Assembly (NCBI GenBank): GCA_010356995.1
Contig: ML996693.1
Coordinates: 620,001 to 684,000, forward strand
DNA: 64,000 nucleotides
Direction of reading: 5' to 3'
Origin: Trichodelitschia bisporula
Taxonomy: Eukaryota
This document shows positions 1 to 13,073 of this stretch, one piece after another. The notes under the pieces were generated by a model. That model was not told where the DNA came from and did not search any database. It worked only from the letters and a program-made list of their open reading frames with translations. Position 1 is the first letter of the stretch; every line of letters starts with the position of its first letter. Both the position numbers and the translations under genes were made by a program.

Positions 1-1128
1 CTACGTATCGTTGCGGGCAAAGGCGAAAAACTCTACATGAGAACTCGTAACTCGGCATCATCGGAGAGTGCCAAACGGTCCAAGGAAATACTGGCTCTTC
101 CCGGGATATCTGAACTCAGTTTGCTCTTCGGGGACGATGTCGCAAATGTAGAGACAGCGAGAGAAGATATGCTTGCACAGATTCAGGGCTACCGCCCGCA
201 AGAGACTATTTTCGAGGTTGGCAAGCGAGGAGCTGCCAGCACTGAGACGGCAGAGCTCATGCGGAAAGTGAGGAGCAAGATAGATTCACGCAAATCATCA
301 ACTGTTAAAGGCTTCCCTAGCGGCTCCGAAGCACACGATTCCGGCGGTGTAGGCGGACTACTTTCTAACGATGCCGGCTTGGATGCGGCGGGTTCGGGCA
401 ATTCCGACGATGAATTCGAAGTCGTGGTGTCGGAAGACCCTAAGAAGAACAAGTCATCGACGAGCGATTCTTGGCAGGATCCAGAGCACTTCATCACCTA
501 CCTTCCTCGCGAAACGAACGCAGCTGAAGAGCGCGGCTACGGGGTTCATTCGGGCTCGAACAGCACGAAGTCCGAATTCATGGTGCAAGCCCGCGGTGCG
601 ACAATGGATCTCAACGCAGACGAGTCTCGGGGCTTTGCTGAACCTACGCGTGCAGGGGCGGGCATGCGGTGGGACAAAAAAAATAAGAAGTACGTCTCGC
701 GCGCGAATGACGAGGACGGATCGCGAGGCGCAAAGCTCGTGCGCGGCGAGAGTGGACAGAAGATTGCGGCGAGCTTCCGAAGCGAGCGCTTCGACACATG
801 GAGACGGTCCAATAAAATTGACAAGCTACCGAAAGTCGGCGACGCTGAACGCTCGTCGGGCCAGAGGGTGTCGAGCCACTTTGGCGGCGGTGGCAAGCAG
901 TTCCGCCACAAGCAGGAGAAGGCGCCGAAGGAGGCGGACAGGTTCCGAGATGACTACGACGAGCGCAAGAAACGGGTTGCCGAAGCAAAGGAGAAGCGCG
1001 TCGGGAGGTTCAAGGATGGACCGGGCAAAAAGGAGCTGCGCAGCGTTGACGATGTCCACAAGGAGAGGAGGCTCCTGGCGCAACGGCGAGAGAAGAACGC
1101 GCGGCCGACCAAGAAGCGGCGGATATGA
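1..1128 (+). CDS. DBP10: ATP-dependent RNA helicase DBP10/DDX54, C-terminal part (gene starts upstream of window)
   Basis: Frame open from base 1 to TGA at 1126-1128. It carries a DBP10CT-type motif (MRWDKKNKKYVSRANDEDGSRGAKLVRGESGQKIAASFRSERFDTW) and a basic tail. Confidence 0.9.
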   Translation, partial: LRIVAGKGEKLYMRTRNSASSESAKRSKEILALPGISELSLLFGDDVANVETAREDMLAQIQGYRPQETIFEVGKRGAASTETAELMRKVRSKIDSRKSSTVKGFPSGSEAHDSGGVGGLLSNDAGLDAAGSGNSDDEFEVVVSEDPKKNKSSTSDSWQDPEHFITYLPRETNAAEERGYGVHSGSNSTKSEFMVQARGATMDLNADESRGFAEPTRAGAGMRWDKKNKKYVSRANDEDGSRGAKLVRGESGQKIAASFRSERFDTWRRSNKIDKLPKVGDAERSSGQRVSSHFGGGGKQFRHKQEKAPKEADRFRDDYDERKKRVAEAKEKRVGRFKDGPGKKELRSVDDVHKERRLLAQRREKNARPTKKRRI

Positions 1129-4100
1129 GTGTGGTGTCTCACACGACCCTGCATGCTGCATCTTTGCCATTTCCTTACGACACTTTTTGGTGTGAGCATT
1201 ATTCGACATGTACGGATGTACATCAGAGCCTTGTGCCACTTTGGGTTTAGCCGTTCAGCTTTAACTACCTCCCCAGCCACGATTTGAGGCGCAGCACATA
1301 GAAGTGGCTTAAAATCGATAAATGCTACTTCTTGCTTCAAACACCAATGCGAATGAGGCACTTTTGATTTGTGACGTGCGTCACGGTGGCAGCTGCAGCT
1401 GGCAAAGCGGTGTGTGAACTTAGTTTCAACGAAACATCGCACGAAGAAACGGTGCTTCTTGAGGAACATGCGACATGCCAAGTGCCAGATGATATGCTGC
1501 TGCAAGGAGAGCTCGAACCGAATCCCATCTTCGGCTGCCACTCTGTCAGCAGCAGAAATCCGGGTTCGAGAGATTACAAGCAAGTGCACGGTGGCCCTCG
1601 CATGTAGAGAAGCCATTATATTGACGCAAATTTTGCCCTGCGCCCCGCGCATGTACTGTCTGCCGGTAGACGTCGTTAACTCTTTGTAGAAACGCCACAT
1701 TCGCCAGGGCTGGAAGCCAATAATGCTTGACAGGTGGGCATTGGCGCGCGAGGCCAGGAGCGAGAGAGCAGGACAGCTTTCGTGACTGAACTTTTTTCAT
1801 ACCAGCCCATGGATGCGTAGACAATTCGTCATGGACGATGCCGGCAAAGCAGTTGTCGCATTGAGCTTGCGCATTTATCGACCTCCGGCGATTTCTTTTG
1901 CATCGCGCCCCCGGGACCCCGGTCGGGTGGCCGAGGTGTCGGGGCCAAGAGCCTGCGATCCAATGGTGGCGCTTAATCGGTTAATCTTCCGATGCGGAAA
2001 GCCAGTTGGCGGCGTTTTTTAGGGTATCGAGGGGATGCATGGTGAGTCCAAGCACTTTTTCTCTATTTTCTTTCTTCCCTCCCCGTACTTCGTCAGTGCA
2101 AAGGTCCGAACATGACTCGGAAGTCGGGGGAAAGGGTGGGGTCTGGTATTGAAAGCCAAGCAAATTAGAGTATTGACGAGGCCAAACCACCATGCCGACG
2201 GCTCAGGAACGCGGGGAAAGGATCAGGTGTACGGTAGGAAAGCAGGATCTGCGCGGCGTAATAACAGTTGCCCTCTTCAACCCAGGAAATTACTAGTACT
2301 GGCGGCAAGGTCTCGGCCTCGGAGTCTCGATGTCATTGATGATCGAACTGCGGTCTGTGATGCCGTCTCCAGGACTGCCAAGAGTGTGGGTTGAGAGGAC
2401 TATCGAATTGGCACTAGGCATGCCAGCGATCAATGCTCAGATACGTGACCTCTGCTGTCGCTCATGACTTAGCCTAGAGGGTCAGCGGCGGGAATACCGC
2501 ACGGTGGGCCTGGCCGGCGGATTGTTGGATTGCGCCATGCGGTCATCATGCTACGGTATTCCATATGTGAGCGCATGCCACCAGAAGGGGGACAACGGCG
2601 CAAAGGCCAGCAGGGGTTGCTCGTTAGGTCTTCAGGAAGAGGGCACATCGGATCGGAACAGAACCTCGGGAGATTTCGTGGTGCTCGCGTACGGTTCATG
2701 CCGGTGTCCGAGCAGCGGACAAATACTTTCTGGGTAGACTGCGGGTTGTATATGGCGGGGTAAAGTAGTTAAGCGGATCTCCGGTTCATGACGTTTCCCC
2801 AGCTCTGGACAATCTCCAGCCGGCCTGAGCAACCGTGCAGGACGAGGCACAAGGGGTAACGATATAGCCGGGGATGAGGGCATACTATGATGTTGCTACG
2901 GTAAGGGGAGGAGGGACTATGCGGGCTTGCGGACTTGCGGTTGCAGTTGCGGAGAGGACGTCCCAACGAACCGAACCTCTTCCACTACATCCGTATTAAC
3001 GACGTCCTTGTGCCAGGGAATTCTTCGACTCTTTGCTGTTCTGCATTTTCCGGGGAGAGGGGGGGGGGCATTAGGAGCCGTTGGCCCGCAGCGATCTGGC
3101 ATCCGCGTCTCAGTCACTGCCGAGCCGACCTAGGGACGTGCAAATTCTTGTTGCGACTTTGCCGGATAGCAAGCAGGGCTTGACCCTGCAGCACAACCTC
3201 GTCTCGTCAATGGACCGAACCACCCACAGAAATTAAAGAGACATCGTCAAAAGAACGTCAATCGCCGACAACCTCGCAGCTGGAGCAGCAATGGGCAAAG
3301 CGCTCCTCGCCTTTACCCGAACACCCACTATCCCAACTAGACAGGTTACCTCTACAATACTCTTTCTTTTCGCCCTGGCATCGTTCCACATCGTATCCAA
3401 AATAGCCAATTATCTCCTTCATCACTGGCTTCAGGGGATAGGGATGGGCGAAGATGCCGATACCTTGCGCGCCGCAAAGCTCACCTTCGTTCATCCCCCG
3501 TTACCGCAACTTGCCCTTTCGGAGCAAAACTCTTGAAAGGCTAGTTGATGATGGGCACGATGCAAAGCTCCGGCAGCTCATCGCACGCTCCGGCGCTTCA
3601 TTTGCTGCGCATCTCCCTTCGCCACTGGTACACCTGCACGGCCACTGTCAAGCACAGCTGAACAGCGCATCGCCACACCGCCCGCATGTTGGGGTAAGTG
3701 GTGCGTCCAGCCAACCAGACAGTGGGGAATTCTTCTGGAAAATGTGTCAAACGCAAGCCGGCAACGAAACCAGGCTAAGGAGCCTGGGTGTCGGACGACA
3801 TGGACTGACTTGTTGGTCTTCGGTGGTCTCAGCCGGACACATCCATCACAATGTGACATCGAGGACGTGACGGGCGCTTCCGTGCAATCGTGCCACACGT
3901 TCAGTTACCAGTCTCACACTGCCCAACCTGTCACCGAGGGCATCGCGGCCAGATCAACCAATAACGTACAATCTCCCACTGCCTTGAGGGATTGATGCGC
4001 CAAGTCTAATGGCACCCACGTCCCAAGGCTCCGTTGCTCCATTCAACAGATCGGTAAATTCAAATAGTTGGCGGATCTCTCTTGATCACTCAAACACTCA

Positions 4101-6711
4101 CCAGATCACGACAGCAGGCTTGACCGGAGACGCCGATGTGATGGTAGGAGCACCGAAGCAAAAGAGACGTCTAGGAGGCAGGTTCGGAAAATATAGCGGG
4201 TAGTTCGTATTGTCCGCCAGCTCGGTGGCTCTTCAGGAAAGATGGCGCAAGGCCACAGAGAGTGGAGGGGGCTGGGGCGTTTTTTTTCCCACGCAAGCAC
4301 CCGTCATCCGTGCGAGGCAGGCTGGTGCATCATCTCGGCCTGTGCCACCGGCCCGCTATCCTGAAAAAGCTTCGGCCCTACAGCGGAACACTTTTGCTCA
4401 CTGCAACCGGCTTCCGTCGAGGACAGGCCGGTGCAAAAGACTACAAAGTACGACTGAAGAGTGATCTGGGGAGGGACAGGGTTAAGAACTGTTCAACTCA
4501 ACTATCGGAAGATAGCCAGGTAGAGTCTGGGGCTACTGGCTGCGGATAGGTTCGAATTGGTACCGTAAGTCAAGGGCCAATTGGGCGTTCGACGAAGCCG
4601 ATGAGGTCAGGCTGGCCGATCGCACTTCCCAGATCTCGGAGGGATCACCGCCTTAACTTTGGCAAAGAAAAGAAGCACGGTGCGGCTGTGACAGCGTGCC
4701 AAATCATGTACGCAACGCTTTGCCGGTTGGTTGGGTGGCTCGCAAAGTCTCCATCGAGGTTTATTAACTCCCTCAAGCCACAATAGTCTTGGGTGTCTTT
4801 GAGATGGAAAACAGACCAGTCGGGACAATACTCTCGTGGCCTCGGCGGTCTTACGGAAGACGGGCGTGTACGGTGGATCAACTTCACCGTCATCGGAGGA
4901 GTCATAGGGAGATGTGTGCTTTCTACGGTACATAGTTCTAGGGGAAGGTAAACAATTTGATGACAAAGTAGGCAAAGATTGACAAGACCGGAGGCAGCTG
5001 GCGCGGCTGTCGGCAGTTAACTCCGGAACATGATTCCATTCGTCCCGTGTTTGGAGCGAGGCAAATGGCCGAAGGCAGGCACGATCCCACCCGTCCTTCC
5101 GAGCGTGAGTGTGGGGGATCGTTGTTGCCGGACCTTCATGGCGTAGGGCGAGGCGCCGCGCGGCTGCAGCGAAGACAGGCCAGGCCCTGCGGGGGAGAGA
5201 CCGGCGAGGGGAAACGGGGCGCCGGAGAGCAGCCGCAGGCCGTTTTGGGCGGGGGAGGGGTGGGGGGGTTTGGGAGCGGGAAGGGAAGGGAAGGAACAGG
5301 TCAGGGCCGGGAATGTCAACATTTTGTCAGGCGTTGACAGGTGTGTGGCGTGCCTACCTTGCGACCGGATACCCTCGGACCTTTTTGAGGGTCTCCCCTC
5401 TCGAGAACATGTCGTGCCTGTCGACCTACCATAATGGCACTGACTCCGTGGGCAACTTCGGAATTCGGGGACACGCATTCTTTCACACCAAGGTGGACTG
5501 TGGAGTAGATCTGTAGTCCGCATGGAAAGGACAGGGTAGGAAAGCATGACGATGCGGGGCGAGCTCCTGCGTAGTGATTTGATGGAGGAGGGGAAAGTGA
5601 TAGGGGACACCTACTGCCCCCCTCCCCTCCCCTCAATGCTTCATTACGAAGTGCGTAGCCACATATCTGTCAATCACGGCGACGCCGCCACACCGTAATA
5701 CGTAGATACCTTTCCTTTTTCTACTTTCGGCCCTGCCTTGCCGTTAATATGGGCAATGGAATCCTCACCTGATAGAAGGCACGCCAGCCTCCGGGCGCAG
5801 CGCTTCACTACGGTAACAAATGGAGCTGCCGAAAAAGATAGGAGAGATAGCTGCAACAGGCATGATCAGTTTTCAATGAAGACAACTCAGAACTACTAAG
5901 CTTTTCACCATTCACCGCACAATGGCATACTTCACCTACACTCCCACACCCGCAGGCAACGCTGCCAAAAAGGATTCGCCCGTTTCCAAAAAAAGGTGGA
6001 TCGTCTCAATTGGGACATTGGGGCTAATCCGCATACAGGTTTGAGTTGTGGACGTTGTTGAGATGCAGGCTATCTATTGGATAACGGTCGGTCGAGTTGC
6101 AAATACGAAGAGCCTACTGGCTGGCCTGACGTTTGCAAATACCTGCAAGCCGCCGAGAGGGGGAGGCGGGGAAGGAAGTGGGGGAACAGGGTAGACAGTA
6201 CGTACCTTTCCACTTGTATCTCTGCCTATCAAATCCATTCGTCCGTTCCCATTACCGTGTACCTCTCTCTCTGTGAGGGTGAGGGTTGATAGGATCGTCG
6301 AATCTATTTCCATGTGCAGGTGACCTTGGTGGCTGGCCAAGAAGGCTGGACCAGGGCGGTGCATCGAGTCTACCGTATAGGCCGCCGTTCAGCCACTGCA
6401 TGCACGCGTATAACTTCTGTCGCCATAGGAAGGAAGTATGGATATGGGGTTGTGGGATTGGGGGAGGGAGGCGCAACAGCTATCGCCGGCGTGTGTCTTG
6501 CTGGTTGCGGACAGATGCCTAGCGTGATAAGGACTGCGAGTTCTGAGGAGGCATGAGCAGATTTCCCTAACGGTGGATTCTCGGTATCGCTGCAGTTGTA
6601 TCCGCACATCCGTACTGCGTAGCTTTATCAAGAGCGGCAGCGGCAGCAGCAGTGTCTAACAGGTAACTGACATTAGCAACATCAAATGGACAAGCCTTCT
6701 TTCCGCCGTCG

Positions 6712-6745
6712 AGTTGCAGTTGCAGTTGCAGTTGCAATTGCAATT
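6712..6745. repeat. (GTTGCA)n hexanucleotide microsatellite
   Basis: agttgcagttgcagttgcagttgcaattgcaatt read directly. Confidence 0.9.
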
Positions 6746-6860
6746 TTGCTTGGTCGACGATCACCCAGGTTCCTGTTCCTCTGTGCCTAGGCTAACGAAC
6801 ACATCACGACAAGGGAAGAACTTGCTGACCTTAGGGGGAGATTCCGATCCACATCCTCGG

Positions 6861-6887
6861 TGCAATGCTTGCAATGCTTGCAATGCT
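6861..6887. repeat. (TGCAATGCT)3 tandem repeat
   Basis: tgcaatgcttgcaatgcttgcaatgct read directly. Confidence 0.9.
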
Positions 6888-7211
6888 TTGCTAAGAATGT
6901 CTACCCAGGAGTGTACCATAGAAGAGAGAATGCGTGTGCCTCCTCTCCAGAACCGGGTTGATATAAATTTCATTTGTCCATGGACGATATTAGAGAGTGT
7001 AGTGTGTAGTGATACTGTACGGAGTATGGTACCATAAGCCCTTGAAGCCCTCCCGAACCGAACCCCCATGGTAGTCTCTGCATCTTTTGGCCGCCGCCCT
7101 GGCCGCCCGCCGCCTTGTTCTCCATTCCCCAATGCTTCTCTCCAATCACCAGTGGCCAATCCCTTCTCCATACTCCAACCAATCCATTTCCTCCCCCTCA
7201 CTCACTTCACT

Positions 7212-7423
7212 CTCCACCACCTCTACCACCTCTACCGCCTCTACCACCTCTACCACTTCTACCACCCCTACCACCTCTACCACCTCTACCACCTCTACCA
7301 CCTCTACCACCTCTACCACCTCTACCACCTCTACCACCTCNNNNNNNNNNCTACCACCTCTACCACCTCTACCACCTCTACCACCTCTACCACCTCTACC
7401 ACCTCTACCACCTCTACCACCTC
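7212..7423. repeat. (CTCTACCAC)n 9-bp tandem array spanning a 10-N gap
   Basis: About 20 near-perfect units on both sides of the gap at 7341-7350. True length is unknown. Confidence 0.95.
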
Positions 7424-7844
7424 CCCCCATCCCACCCCATCTCATCCTTCGGCCCACCCTCCGAAAGTTCCAACCAGTCGGGCGAGGTCTCTTGTCATTG
7501 TTAACTTGTCAAGTACTCCGTAGTGCGTAGGACAATAATGCTTTACCGATACCCTTTCTCCTCGGCCCTTCGGTACCTGCCGTTGTGCATCACCATCCTA
7601 CTACTCTCGCCCTGTCACCATACAGAAGGGCTATGGTACTCCGTCCTCATCAATAATCTATCTCTTGATAGTTTCTCAGTTCTCAGCTTCTCTAGCTCTG
7701 TTTGTCCGTTACAAGCTTCAGGATAAGGTCATCTCCCACTTGCGATATCTTCCCATCTCCCACGTGTCAAATATCTTCACCCACGTCCACATCCACGTCC
7801 GTCCATATCCTCAACCCTATCCCGCACACTTCCCCCTCCCCACT

Positions 7845-7877
7845 ACCACCACCACCACCACCACCACCACCACCACC
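7845..7877. repeat. (ACC)n microsatellite
   Basis: About 11 ACC units. Confidence 0.9.
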
Positions 7878-9603
7878 CCGCTCCCGTCCGTTCTCTACCC
7901 TTCTCCCTCAACTACCCCTTCCGCTCTATCGTTGCACATCTCCACACAGTCTGACTGTTCGTGATATCGTCTCAGTCTTTGCCAAGAGACCCAGAAAAGC
8001 GACCTTGGGGTTGGCCACCAAGTTACTGCGTCCATACCCAAAATGGAGCTTCATGCCCTGATACTGTACACACTACACCTCACATCCGTGCTCTCCTCCT
8101 CACCCCGCATACCGAGTCCCCGTATCGTTTCCTACACCCCCCTTCATATTTCCCCCTTCCAATAGGCGATCCCGCACCCTTGACGCCTCTGCCCTCTCCA
8201 ATCTGAGATTCACTTCTTCCCGCCTCCCGGTGTGCGAACTACGCACAGCTGAGATCCAGTAGGGCCTATGGTCCCGCGCATACAGTATTTCGTACACAAC
8301 CGCGCCCACTATTCACCCCCTCCCCTTCCAAGCACACGCGCCTCTCTTTCGCGCCTCTTTCTCCTTCGGCCTTTTGCCCTCCTCAACCACACCTCTCCTC
8401 CTCCCCCTCCCCTCTTCTCTCCCCCGCCACCTTTCCTACTACCACTTCCACTACCACCACCCCTTCTCCCTCAAGGAAAAAAATAAATCACTGTCATCTT
8501 TACTCACCCTACATAGATCTCAAGCACTCTCTACTATCATCCACCACTAGCATTGTGGCTGCGAAACTCATCCCATGCGATCATGGCGGCTGTACGTGCC
8601 GGCCTGACTTGCATTAACCGGGAGTCAATCCCTCCTCCACACTTCCCTCCCCCACCCACCATATTGCCCCAGTCTAAGCCTAAAAATGCAAGCCAAAGCA
8701 TTGGAGCTAAAGAGCCTTGAGAGCTTGGAGCTTGGATCTTTGTGGAGACCTTGCCAGATGCTCGAGAAATGGTCGAGAGATCAGCTACCTAATAAGTCAC
8801 CTTCGTTCGCAAAGGACCCAATTCGCCCATATGGATCACTTTTATTACCCACCCCATCCCCCTTCATAACCGTACCCCTCTCTGGCCTTCCTCTAGACCT
8901 TTACATATCTGTAGCCCAGAGGTCCCCCAAGGGCCGGGTGCACATCGCATAGCGACATCGTCAGCCTTCCCCCCCCCCAGCAAACCCATTAACCCGGCAA
9001 AAGGCGACGAACAGTATCCCACCGCTTCACGCTGCACTGTTGCCGACCATTCCCTGGCCACTTGCCTTCGATACACATCGTCACCAGCTGAAACTCAAAA
9101 GTACAACCTGCAATATATCACGCCAGTCTACCACCGTCCTCCCCTCCCCCCCTCACTCTCCAACGCAAAGAGGCGGTCCGATAGCCACACCCCACTTGTG
9201 AAGCATTTCCGAGTCTCATAGTCTCACCATGACCCGAAAGTACCACCGGTGGTGAAGTTGACAACAAGGAAAAAGGTACCGATTCACGATTTCTTCTGTT
9301 GCTGCTTTGCCTTTCCTTATTTCTTTGCGCCGCAATCGAACAATTTTCGCCAGTTAATTCTTCATTTCCACTGCACTTTTCCCACTGCATCACACAGAGA
9401 CAAGTCGGGCTAACCAGGCCAGGTTTCCTGTCGAGTCTCATAAGTCGGTCAGTCGGTTGATCGCGGCATATTGGTACGCTTAAGACACCCATTTCCCGTC
9501 AAGCTTCCACCAACACATGTTTTTTGCTTTCCAGACTCGGAATCTTGAGCCGGCTGTCAAGCATCTCCAGCCCTCCTTGGGTAACCAATAACTTCGCGGC
9601 GCT

Positions 9604-11644
9604 ATGTATATGCTCGCACCATCCACACACTCTAGCCTCCCAACGAGCTCAACTTGGCGACTGCGGGGACCTGATCTAACCCTAGCGAAGTCTCCCCAGT
9701 GGTCGTTCTCCAGCTTGGACGAGCAGGTCTACCCGTCTCCCCCGATGTCAAATTCCCCAACTACGCCAAGACGGTCCTCCCACTTTACCGAGCAGGATAG
9801 GTCCGCATCCGGCGTGGAAGAGACGGTAGTTGGCAGTGTTCTGCCTCCTAGTCGATCTATCCAAACGAGATCTGGTTTCATGGCAGGCCAGGTACTCCCA
9901 GTTCCTGCGCCGCAAGGACAGGCGCGACATGTTTACGCTTCTCAGCCTGGTCCGTATTTTGAGCAGCGATATGAACTCCAGCCCCGTCCGTTGGCGAGCA
10001 CTCAGCACCTTGGGCAGCCTTACTCGGAAGGAATGCCGCTAGGCATGCATGCCCCGGCTCCGATGCTGGGAATGCAACCTCCACGAACCCAGTTGCTTGC
10101 CAGCCCCTACGCGGGTCCGACATCAATATCGGCGGTGGCCAGTTCGCGGTTTCCGCGGACGTCTCGACGAGCTAAAGCTCATGTCGCGAAGGCTTGTCAG
10201 AACTGCAAGAAGGCACATCTCAGCTGCGATGACGCTCGGCCTTGCGCACGGTGTGTGGGTTCGGGGAAGCAGGTAGTTTCGTCTCGTGTGTTGCCCTTTC
10301 AGCTTTTACTAAGCAACGGCTAGGCTACCTGTATCGACGTTGAGCATAAGAAGAGAGGCCGACCACGTCTCCGCGATGACCGAGATCGCCCCGAAGTGAG
10401 GGCGCAGTCGACCAGCCAGGCACCTCATAGCATTCAGGCCCCAACGACAGGATTGGGACATCGTCGAGCAGAGCCATTCCGCATTCTCCGCTCGCATGAT
10501 TCGGAGGACCGAGAGCGTGGAGGACTGCCAGCTGGAGTACCTCAGATGGCCTACAGCTCGCGTAGTTATGCTCAGCTGGAGCCTCCGATCGGCGAAGCAG
10601 GATCGTACTATACCCAAGGGCTGGAGACGTCTTCCCCCCCCCCACCACCGCTCGTCGCTTATCTCAATCTCAACTTGAGGATCTTGAAGGCTAACGACAC
10701 CTTTCGAGACTTGCTGGCTGATGGGAGGGACGTGCGCGGCCGGATGCTCTCCGACTTTATGGCCAGTGGGCACGATGAGGCGCTGCAGCGACTTCAGAGC
10801 GAGCTCAGAGACGAGCGGAGTCGTCGGGAACCAACTTTTTTGCCAAGTATATTTCCTGACGAGCAAGAGCAGAATGCTGTGCAAGGGCTGGATGAATGGG
10901 ACCTTGAGGGTTGCGCAGGGATACGAAGATCGCAGCAACACATTCAGCTTCGTCCTATCAAGCGGCCGAACGGAGAGGATGCATGCTCGTATCAGGCTGG
11001 CAAGGACGTCCATATTTTTTGCCACCATTACTTTGCAACGGTTCATCTCACCACCGGTCCCAACACCACGGGTTCCCTATGCGAGAGTTCCGCCGTTCGA
11101 GACGGTACCGGGCATGTCGACTCTCCACACAACACCAGGATTGCGAGAAGCCACCTTCTACAGCCAGGGACCTCCATCTCCCTACACTTCCGCACCATCT
11201 TCGCCTTTTTCCAGCCTACATAACCTCATGACGACACTGTCACCGGCTCCGCACAGCGTCGCGTCCTACAGCACCGCGCCTTCAGGGGGGCGAGAACACA
11301 CTTACTTCCAGCGGTCGATCATGCCAGCCGCGACGAGCGCCGCAATGCAACCCCCACCCCCTAGGCTTTCCCGCTCGCATTCCACCGCCTCTGGGCAGCG
11401 GCCAAGCTCCGCAAGAGAAAGGAGCCGACCCGAGCCTCTGGGCAATCTGCAGCTGCCGCCGATCGTCAGCAGCGCACCAACCACACCTCTGGCAAGTCAG
11501 TTCTTTGAGCACACCCAAACTCCTCCTTCGCAAGTCGCTGGCAACGTTCGTAAACGATCTGCTGCTGACCGGTCGGAAGAGGTTGAGGATGATGATAACC
11601 GCAAACGACGACGGTTGAACATCAAGGAAATAATCGAAAAGTGA
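9604..11644 (+). CDS. Zn(II)2Cys6 transcription factor (CX2CX6CX5CX2CX8C, SclB/Ert1-type) with PAS-like C-terminal region; frameshifted as assembled near 10906-10909
   Basis: Exon 1 9604-10272; intron 10273-10323 (GTAGTT..TACTAAG..TAG). Splicing completes CQNCKKAHLSCDDARPCARCVGSGKQ|ATCIDVEHKKRGRPRL. Protein-like sequence switches from frame +1 (..GLDEWDLE) to frame +2 (RVAQGYEDR..RIRLARTSIFF..RKRRRLNIKEIIEK*). Confidence 0.8.
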
Positions 11645-12307
11645 TGCTCAAAGCGTTGCGCGACGAACGGCACCACTCGCAGGTTGACATGAGCCGGGCT
11701 CATTGTCTGGTGTCCTCGACTTGAGGACGCGCGAATACGGCGATGAAGACACGCGACTTTATATACACTTTAATGCGTTATCTAGTAGCACGCACCCCTT
11801 TCTCTGCACACATCACCCATTGTTTGATTTCTCGCATCGATAAGACCCAGCATTGTTTTGGCATCATAGATTACGGTAAAGCGGGATGAGAGCTTTCAAA
11901 GCATACGTGGCGTTCGTTTTACCTGGGAAGGTCTGTCCCATTGCGATACCCTTTTCATGTCTTCGTCGTTCAGCGGGGATTTCGGTGGGCGGTGAATTCG
12001 TTTGTTTCAGAGTAGCTGTTGCGGCCCTGCTTTAGGGGGCACGTAACTCTTCCCTACAGGTTGTTCCAGGATGTACATAATGTTTTGTTCCACAGAAGGT
12101 CGAAAGGTACATTTGAATCGAGACTCTGGCTCCGATGCGGTTCCGTGTTGGATACATGTCCACGACCTTTAGTACAGTTAAATGCATGACACTCCCAACA
12201 CCTGAGATCCGGTACCTAACTCCCATAATTCAAGCTATCCCAGTCGTGGAGTCACGTGTCCGAGCCAGATGAGACGAACCTTCTATCCAGGGCAGACCGA
12301 CGGCAGC

Positions 12308-13073
12308 CTATGCCAGCACCTTCATCTTCTTCTTCTTCTTCTTTTCTCCCTCACCTGACTTGCCCTTCTGAAAGTCTCTCCAACTTCCGATGCGCTGCTC
12401 CCGGGTGGCTTCCCATTGCTGGTCATGATCGCGTTTCCTCTTTCGCTCTGTCAATTCCTCCTCTTCCTTTTTCTGCTGGCGTCCCTCCTCCTGCATCTGG
12501 GCCTTGACCTGCTTGCGGCGGCGGAGCTCGTTGTCAACCAGCACAAGTTTTGTCTTCTCACGCCAGTCGTGCTTGAATTCTTCGGACTGCAGTTCCGGGT
12601 TGTCAACGGTCCACTTGCGCTCGCGGATCAGGAGCATGCGCGCATCGGCGATGGCTTCGTCCAGGCGCGTGCGTGCCTTTTCGTCCATGAGCTCCGTTTG
12701 CGCCTTTTTGAGGCGATCGAATGCTTCGGGAGCGGAAGGGTTCGTCGTCTTGTCGGGATGGATGAGGAGGGACTTCTTGCGGTACTGGGCCTTGATGTCA
12801 GACTCCGGGACGCCAGGCTGCAGGTCGAGGACGGCATAAGCATCGAGACGGAAGGCTTTAAGGATACCTGCATGCGTAATCGCGTTAGTACTATGGTATT
12901 ATGCCCGAGTCGCGGATTCCGTGCGAATACGTACGATCAATCTCAGCATCCTGGAGGCAAAGGTGGTTAGTTAAGTGCACATGCGACAGAACGGCGCGCA
13001 AGGAACTGACCTTGTTGAATTCCTTTGCCTCCCTCTCCAGGGCGTCAAGTGCTTCTGTGTCCTCGGAAGCCAT
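12308..13073 (-). CDS. SPF31: J-domain protein, DNAJC8/Spf31 family
   Basis: Exons 13073-13011, 12950-12935 (16 nt), 12867-12308. Product: MASEDTEALDALEREAKEFNK|DAEID|RILKAFRLDAYAVLDLQPG..SLLIHPDKT (HPD motif)..WEATREQRIGSWRDF. Confidence 0.88.

Noticed and set aside
4540..4570. GGTTCGAAT T-loop-like motif (possible tRNA)
   Set aside because: No T-stem or acceptor-stem pairing and no A-box at the right spacing. No tRNA, rRNA or snRNA gene was recognised anywhere in the window.
4607..4975. Minus-strand ORF MYRRKHTSPYDSSDDGEVDPPY..
   Set aside because: The start looks protein-like, but I could build no convincing splice model or family match.
7068..7530. ORFs with (HLY)n, (TST)n, (PPL)n, (VVE)n and (GGR)n repeats
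   Set aside because: All are translations of the 9-bp CTCTACCAC array across an assembly gap.
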